Shown in pieces: positions 57,381 to 64,000 of a stretch of 64,000 nucleotides of DNA (within the stretch, counting starts at the first letter, position 1; the number at the start of each line of letters is the position of its first letter). Both the position numbers and the translations under genes were made by a program. The stretch is from positions 68,324,001 to 68,388,000 of the forward strand of contig OX597823.1 in the NCBI GenBank assembly GCA_951406725.2. The letters run 5' to 3'. The stretch is from Octopus vulgaris. Taxonomy: Eukaryota. The notes under the pieces are model-generated. The model was not told the origin of the DNA. It did no database searches and saw nothing but the letters and a program-made list of their open reading frames with translations.

Positions 57381-60300
57381 ATATTTCATGTATGTATGTA
57401 TATATATATATATATGTATGTATATATATATATATATATAATGTATACCTATTATATACATTATATTTTTGTAATTTACTTAATCTTTACTTTTTAATTG
57501 TTATTTTAATTTTAACTTTTCTATTATATGTAATTTTCTAGATGGTGTAATTTAATTATTCATTCTGAATTGATAAAAAGTGATTTTTTCTAATATTTTA
57601 TATATATATTATATTGTGTGGAATTTGATTTAGTATTTCTAAATTGAATTCTTTTTCCTTGTAAGTTTGGATTTTATTTCCTCAAATAATACTTATTATA
57701 TGTATATATATATATTGTACATATGTTATCGATGCTCAGAAATTGTTAATTAAGCATTTCATCTGACTTCACACTATCAGTATTGTCGAAGCAAAGGCAA
57801 GGCTTAACTCATCTTATCACAAGTATTGATGAATTTGTATTCAGAATATAAAGAACTAGAACAAATTCCACAAGGCATTTTGTCCAGCACTCTAGCATTT
57901 TCATTAATCTAATATCTATGACTAGATAGATGAAAATTACAAATTTCACAGTCATAATTTGAACTATTAATTCAAAGAGCAAGAAAAAATAGCACAGGCA
58001 TTTTGTTAGGTGTGCTATCCTTTTTGCTCTTCATTGTGTGTGTGCATGTGCATGCACACACACACTGAATAGTTGACAATAAAAAGATTTACACTAATAC
58101 CACATCTGAAATGACTACACAGCAATGATAAATATCGTACCTGTTTCTTTATACTAGTAAAAAACAGGATGATCTGAATAAATCCTTGGAAATGAGTGAA
58201 ACAACCTCAATAAATTCGTTCTGATCAAACATTAGATATATATAACTGTTTCTTTTTGTGTGTATGTGTGTGTTATGTATATGCTGGTTTACTCACTGGG
58301 CTGCTTTAATCAGCAACAGGATGGAAAAAAAATGCTCACATTATTGCTTTTTCCTATCATGTTTTGTAATCTCTTGAGAAATTAGAATGAAATACACTAC
58401 ATTATAATTTCAATTTTGATTGGAAATATTGAATACTGAGAGTATAAGATAACATTTCATTGTTTGAAAGAGATATGTTTTCTATTGTTAGTGATAGAAT
58501 AGTGTAGTAGTTGTTATTTTGGTAGCTTTTGTACTTGACAAGCAGATGTTCACTTTATAAACCATGGATATAAAAGCTACAAAAGTTTTAAAATTCTACA
58601 ATTATGATGAAATTCATTGACACTTGCAAGAATATATTGTTTAACAATCTACTCCTGCACACTTAGAATTCACATAATGGAGGTTCTTTCCTGCCACCAA
58701 GTGAAAGCTGTGTATTTTACAAAATTATGCCAATGACTTTCCTGTGACAGATGTGAGTGCATTCATGAAGACATGAAAGATATTCTTAATTATTGTCATG
58801 ATAAATTCTACCTATCTTTGAAAAGCATTTTTCTTTATGACAATGTCAAGAATACAAAGAAGTCCTAAGTTTATGGAAACATAAATGTAGGAATGTCTCA
58901 TAATTTCTAAAAGTGATTTCTGACATTGGTACATGACTAAACATTTAGGTTTGGTGTATAGTCAATTAAAGATAGCACAGTACTTGACAGTACTGACCCT
59001 AAAAACATGAAAGGAGGATCTGAACTTAAACTCTATAAGTCAATAACTAAATACTTCGAGGCGGTCTGCACAAAACATTTATGAAATCCACTGTTCTTGT
59101 AACATATCACTGGAGGCTAATGTTAGTTAGTATAATAAATGGGAATAATGAAAAACATTTTTCAGGCAGAGCATTTAATGAATTCATAAGACATTATAGA
59201 TGAATCAATCAGGCAACATGAAAAACAAAATATATCAGCTCTTTCAGGAAACTTCAATAAATTTGAAAGGCAACATTATTGTAAGATTACTTAGTCTTAC
59301 ATCAGAAGACAGAATAAATTTTCAAGTAAGAAGATATATAGTCTTTTGAGTGTTAGCAAAATAACTGATAGAAAAATCTCACTTATCTTACTGAATGCTT
59401 GACTTATTATAGTCAAATGTAAAATTTATTGTTATTATTAGTGCCTTCAGTAAAAATTTCTGTTGTAGTTGTTAATGTAAGAGCCAGCACACTTACTGAA
59501 AGCAAAGACAATTTATTTTATTGATTCTGCTTATTTACAATACAGTTATCTTTGATAAGTTTTCACCATAGATATGTGGAGAGGAAACATGATACACAAG
59601 CTCAATCTTATCAATCTTTATTTTTTTCAATGTTTTACGACTATTTTTTCATACTGATGGTGAGATGGTTTATGTGGGACAACTGTTTTTCACACCTTGA
59701 GATCCTTATAACGGCTAACTATCTGACTCAGAACTCATTGGAAATTTATATATCTTCTGGTTAAGTGGCAAGAAGAGGTCAAATATTAATGTAACCAAAG
59801 AGTTGTGCTCCTGGAGCAAGATTTGAACTTATGAATATGCCATGCATAGTTCACTGCATTATCTTCTCAAAAACTGTGTTGTTAATATAGTTGTAAGGTT
59901 TTTCTTTTTATATTTCCTTATTTTGAATTTTTTAAATATTTCAAAACGGCAAGTTCAGCATAAAAATTGATTGCTAAGGAAGATAGTATTGTTCCTTAGA
60001 ATACTCTTAATTTTGATTATCAAATATCTTAATGTTAGATGCTTACTTTAGGCAGCTATATCAGGCGGTTGTTGTCAATAAAGATGGGTGTTGACTGAAA
60101 GTTGATATCTTGGAGATTCTATTACTTAAAATACGAAATATTAATTAACAAATGTTACTTAAAGATAAAGATAATGTGATGAGAAAAGCACGTTTATACT
60201 ATTAATGATTTTGACACAAGCAATACAATATAGGTCCACCTGTATAAATTGAAATATTTGAAGAGAATCTAAATGAATATAAGCTAGACAAAGAAGTGAT

Positions 60301-60652
60301 ATTGTTAATAAATTCTGTGATGGCTATCTTAATACTGACTCCAAGAACACTATTAGTTTAAAATGAAACTAACAAAATTTCTGATTCTTTCCCTATTAAT
60401 AATAGAAAACTATAATTGTTTGGGGAATATAACAGACAATTACCACATTGTCTCTAAATAAATAATATTTGTAGATACATCATATAAACTACTGCTATTT
60501 GTGCAACAGTCTTAATAATTTGAACATAAATTTTTTATAAACAGGGAGAGAATTGATTCTTAACTTCAATGCGTGCACACACACACACACACACACATTT
60601 TTACAAGGCAAAGGTTGACAGATACATAATATCTCTATATACATTCATAAAT

Positions 60653-60699
<47 letters not shown>

Positions 60700-60809
60700 C
60701 AGTCATATATATGTGTGTCTATGTATATGTATATATATATACACGCACAGTCATATATATGTGTGTATATGTATATATATATATATACACACAGTCATAT
60801 ATATGTGTG

Positions 60810-60848
<39 letters not shown>

Positions 60849-60871
60849 ATACAATATGTTACATTACTCGG

Positions 60872-60945
60872 TAGTCAAGATAAAACTCTGAGTTTCAGAT
60901 GCCGAAGTGGAAATCCACAACACCATCTCTTCGGTTATCTGGCTA
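60872..60945 (-). ncRNA. Minimal type-I hammerhead ribozyme in the PLE 3' UTR (CCGAAGA core variant)
   Basis: Minus strand reads AGATAA-CCGAAGA-GATG...GTGGATTTCCAC...CATC-T-GAAA-CTCAGAG-TT-TTATCT. Stem I AGATAA/TTATCT, stem II GATG/CATC, short stem III ACTC/GAGT, GUU cleavage triplet. Confidence 0.75.
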
Positions 60946-61135
60946 TTTGAAAACGTTATGAAAAAATACCGTTAAAAATGAAGGGAAATTACTCTGTTAT
61001 AACTCTGCTTTGCCTGCGTACTTATACATCGCTCGCATTTTTCGTCATAAAAATTATATAAAAATACATAAAAAATATATAAAAATATATAAAAATATAT
61101 AAAATCTTCTTGGGACATAACACAGAAAGCATGTT

Positions 61136-63025
61136 CTATCCGTTTTCTTTAGGGGACCAAAAACGTAACAGAAATTTAGTCACATGTGGGCATGATCCGA
61201 AAAGTTCTGTCCTTGTATTTAGACATGTGGTAGGGTCTAAGCTGCTTTTCCAGATAAGCCATCTCTCCATGTCGCATAAACCGCACCTTCCGCTGCCGTT
61301 AGTATAGGGCTTACATCTGGCCAAAATCTTCCATTGTATGTTATAATCGACACCTTTATCTCTTAAAGACCAAATATGATTGGATAATTGTGTCGCTTTT
61401 CTTTTGTTCCAGTGCCTAAAGCTCAAAGTGTGGTTATTGAACCTGGCCTTGAAATTACCCTCTGTCAGGCCCACGTATTTCTTCGTCAAAACGGTGTCTT
61501 TAGTGGTTATAGAGTTTACGGTAGCCTCATATATGATGGTCTTGGACATGCAAGCTCCATTTAGCGGGCACAATTCTTTATTCCTGCATGAACAGCTGTT
61601 TTCTTCTTGTGTTTTTTGTATGTTATGATTGATTATGTTTTTAAAATTGGTAGTTGAACTAAAACTAATTTTTAAATTGTGTCTATTGAAGAGTTTCCTA
61701 TAAGCATGGTTAACTGGAAAATGTCTATCTATCAGTGCTAGGAAATATTTACCTATATTGAAGGCCACCTCGGGTGAGTAAGGGGGCGTAAACCAGATGA
61801 CCTTCCTATTTCTATTATTCCTTTTCTTTATTGTTGGGCTGGTGATAGGTGTATATTTTATTTTTTCGCTAAAACCACTATCTTTTAAAGCTTTATTATA
61901 AACTGGGGCAACGCTATTGAAGATGTCCTCATTAGATGAGAGGCTAGAAATCCTCTTACTAATATTTTTAACTAAATTTTTGAATACTATAGGGGGATGG
62001 CATGAACCTACATTAATATAACTTAGTCTATCATTGGGCTTCCTATAAGGCTTATAAATATTATTATTAAGATCTAAGGAAACGTCTAAGAAATTGACAA
62101 CCGTCAGGTTAGTGTCTATAGTTATACTAAGTCCGAAGTGTTTCATTAACTGGATAATATCCTTCCTAAAACGATCTTGTGCTGGTCCATTTGTATTAGC
62201 TGTTAAGGCGAGGGCATCATCTTTGTAGATGGCGAAATGTACGTTAGGGAATGTCTTACTGAAGGTATCTAGGAGAAAGAGTCCAATTAGATCACAGATG
62301 CCTGCCCCATCATATGAACCCATGCTCACATCGAAAGCGCCCTCCGTGTCGGTGTTTTTTACCCACTTTGCATTCTCACTGAAAAGTAATGTCTTTCTAG
62401 CATGGAAGATTATATCCTTATCATTGGTACTAATTTCTATGAAGTCACTAGCGAAGATTAGGGCTTTATCTAGCAGTTCTTTAGAGATAGAGGCATAAAA
62501 ATCAACAATATCGAATTGTGTAAACCTCGCTTTTTTCTTATTCTTAATAGCTTTAAACCAGTCTACGACTTCTATACTATTGGACCATTGCACTAGCCTA
62601 GTATCGGTCTTAATTTTCGTATTTATTTTATCTAAAATTTCTTTGCTAATAATCCCTAGTTCTGACTTGGCTGGGTTGATAAGCCTACATTTAGGATTGG
62701 AAAGGAAGTTTTCTTTGTGGTCTTTAATAGTAATAAAGGCCTCTTTTTGGGGGAGGGTTTCTATTTTTTTATCTAATTTAAGTTTAGCGGCGATGACGCT
62801 AGCTTCTTTATTAATTTCGTTATATGTCTGTGCCCTAGCCTTAGTATAATTATTAATGATGCTGTTGTGTAAGAGTTGTGTGTATTTGCTGTTATCTACC
62901 AGGTATAAGTTCTTGGTTTTATCCGAAAAAAGTGCTTTTTTCTTGGAGCTTTTTATATGATCAATATCTTTCTTCAATTTATGTTGGAAAATGTTAAAAG
63001 ACTTACGAAACTTTATTTTGCTCAT
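61136..63025 (-). CDS. Penelope-like element ORF: reverse transcriptase + C-terminal GIY-YIG endonuclease (Naiad-like; probably 5'-truncated)
   Basis: 629-aa stop-free ORF. RT motifs: DKTKNLY, PKCRLINPAKSELG, FTQFDIVDFYASI, FDVSMGSYDGA, IYKDDAL, FLDVSLDL, YRKPND..HPP. Then CSCRNKELCPLNGAC, IIYEATV..YVGLTEGNFKARFNNH (GIY-YIG), CGLC..E, LNTRTE..CPH. The frame stays open upstream (KADLLKI) up to the inversion junction near 63046. Confidence 0.95.
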   Translation of the reverse strand: MSKIKFRKSFNIFQHKLKKDIDHIKSSKKKALFSDKTKNLYLVDNSKYTQLLHNSIINNYTKARAQTYNEINKEASVIAAKLKLDKKIETLPQKEAFITIKDHKENFLSNPKCRLINPAKSELGIISKEILDKINTKIKTDTRLVQWSNSIEVVDWFKAIKNKKKARFTQFDIVDFYASISKELLDKALIFASDFIEISTNDKDIIFHARKTLLFSENAKWVKNTDTEGAFDVSMGSYDGAGICDLIGLFLLDTFSKTFPNVHFAIYKDDALALTANTNGPAQDRFRKDIIQLMKHFGLSITIDTNLTVVNFLDVSLDLNNNIYKPYRKPNDRLSYINVGSCHPPIVFKNLVKNISKRISSLSSNEDIFNSVAPVYNKALKDSGFSEKIKYTPITSPTIKKRNNRNRKVIWFTPPYSPEVAFNIGKYFLALIDRHFPVNHAYRKLFNRHNLKISFSSTTNFKNIINHNIQKTQEENSCSCRNKELCPLNGACMSKTIIYEATVNSITTKDTVLTKKYVGLTEGNFKARFNNHTLSFRHWNKRKATQLSNHIWSLRDKGVDYNIQWKILARCKPYTNGSGRCGLCDMERWLIWKSSLDPTTCLNTRTELFGSCPHVTKFLLRFWSPKENG

Positions 63026-63045
63026 GATCTTCAGCAGGTCCGCTT

Positions 63046-64000
63046 TTAGACGTTTCCTTAGATCTTAATAATAATATTTATAAGCCTTATAGGAAGCCCA
63101 ATGATAGACTAAGTTATATTAATGTAGGTTCATGCCATCCCCCTATAGTATTCAAAAATTTAGTTAAAAATATTAGTAAGAGGATTTCTAGCCTCTCATC
63201 TAATGAGGACATCTTCAATAGCGTTGCCCCAGTTTATAATAAAGCTTTAAAAGATAGTGGTTTTAGCGAAAAAATAAAATATACACCTATCACCAGCCCA
63301 ACAATAAAGAAAAGGAATAATAGAAATAGGAAGGTCATCTGGTTTACGCCCCCTTACTCACCCGAGGTGGCCTTCAATATAGGTAAATATTTCCTAGCAC
63401 TGATAGATAGACATTTTCCAGTTAACCATGCTTATAGGAAACTCTTCAATAGACACAATTTAAAAATTAGTTTTAGTTCAACTACCAATTTTAAAAACAT
63501 AATCAATCATAACATACAAAAAACACAAGAAGAAAACAGCTGTTCATGCAGGAATAAAGAATTGTGCCCGCTAAATGGAGCTTGCATGTCCAAGACCATC
63601 ATATATGAGGCTACCGTAAACTCTATAACCACTAAAGACACCGTTTTGACGAAGAAATACGTGGGCCTGACAGAGGGTAATTTCAAGGCCAGGTTCAATA
63701 ACCACACTTTGAGCTTTAGGCACTGGAACAAAAGAAAAGCGACACAATTATCCAATCATATTTGGTCTTTAAGAGATAAAGGTGTCGATTATAACATACA
63801 ATGGAAGATTTTGGCCAGATGTAAGCCCTATACTAACGGCAGCGGAAGGTGCGGTTTATGCGACATGGAGAGATGGCTTATCTGGAAAAGCAGCTTAGAC
63901 CCTACCACATGTCTAAATACAAGGACAGAACTTTTCGGATCATGCCCACATGTGACTAAATTTCTGTTACGTTTTTGGTCCCCTAAAGAAAACGGATAGA
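63046..64000 (+). mobile_element. Inverted 5'-truncated second copy of the same PLE (RT C-terminal region + GIY-YIG), running off the window end
   Basis: Reverse complement of 61135-62089 with no net indel (63046 pairs with 62089, 63999 with 61136). ORF 63367-63999 matches the C-terminal 210 codons of the minus ORF. Confidence 0.95.

Noticed and set aside
59000-60500. Possible decayed LINE endonuclease region
   Set aside because: No convincing motif could be read.
61136-63025. Selenocysteine recoding as reported for some Naiad PLEs
   Set aside because: The ORF has no in-frame UGA and ends in TAG; no SECIS element was recognised by eye.
61110-63755. Short ORFs 61110, 61380, 62229, 62580 (+) and 63507 (-)
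   Set aside because: Antisense shadows of the PLE ORF.

Overview
AT-rich, repeat-dominated eukaryotic DNA with no recognisable host protein-coding gene. The SINE families and the (TA)n/(CA)n density suggest an octopus or other cephalopod (inference). Most listed ORFs are microsatellite artefacts. The one long real ORF (61136-63025, minus) is a Penelope-like element (PLE) reverse transcriptase plus GIY-YIG endonuclease, joined head-to-head to an apparently identical inverted 5'-truncated copy (63046-64000+). The same architecture recurs about 13 times at sizes from about 0.15 to 4 kb and at very different divergences: two 5'-truncated PLE copies with 5' ends joined and 3' ends pointing outward into microsatellites. 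It involves at least two PLE lineages, and many arms carry minimal type-I hammerhead ribozyme motifs with palindromic or near-palindromic stem III. The rest is SINEs, mariner/Tc1 remnants and MITEs, RTE/CR1/R4-like LINE fragments and microsatellites. Boundaries of degenerate elements were read by eye and are approximate.
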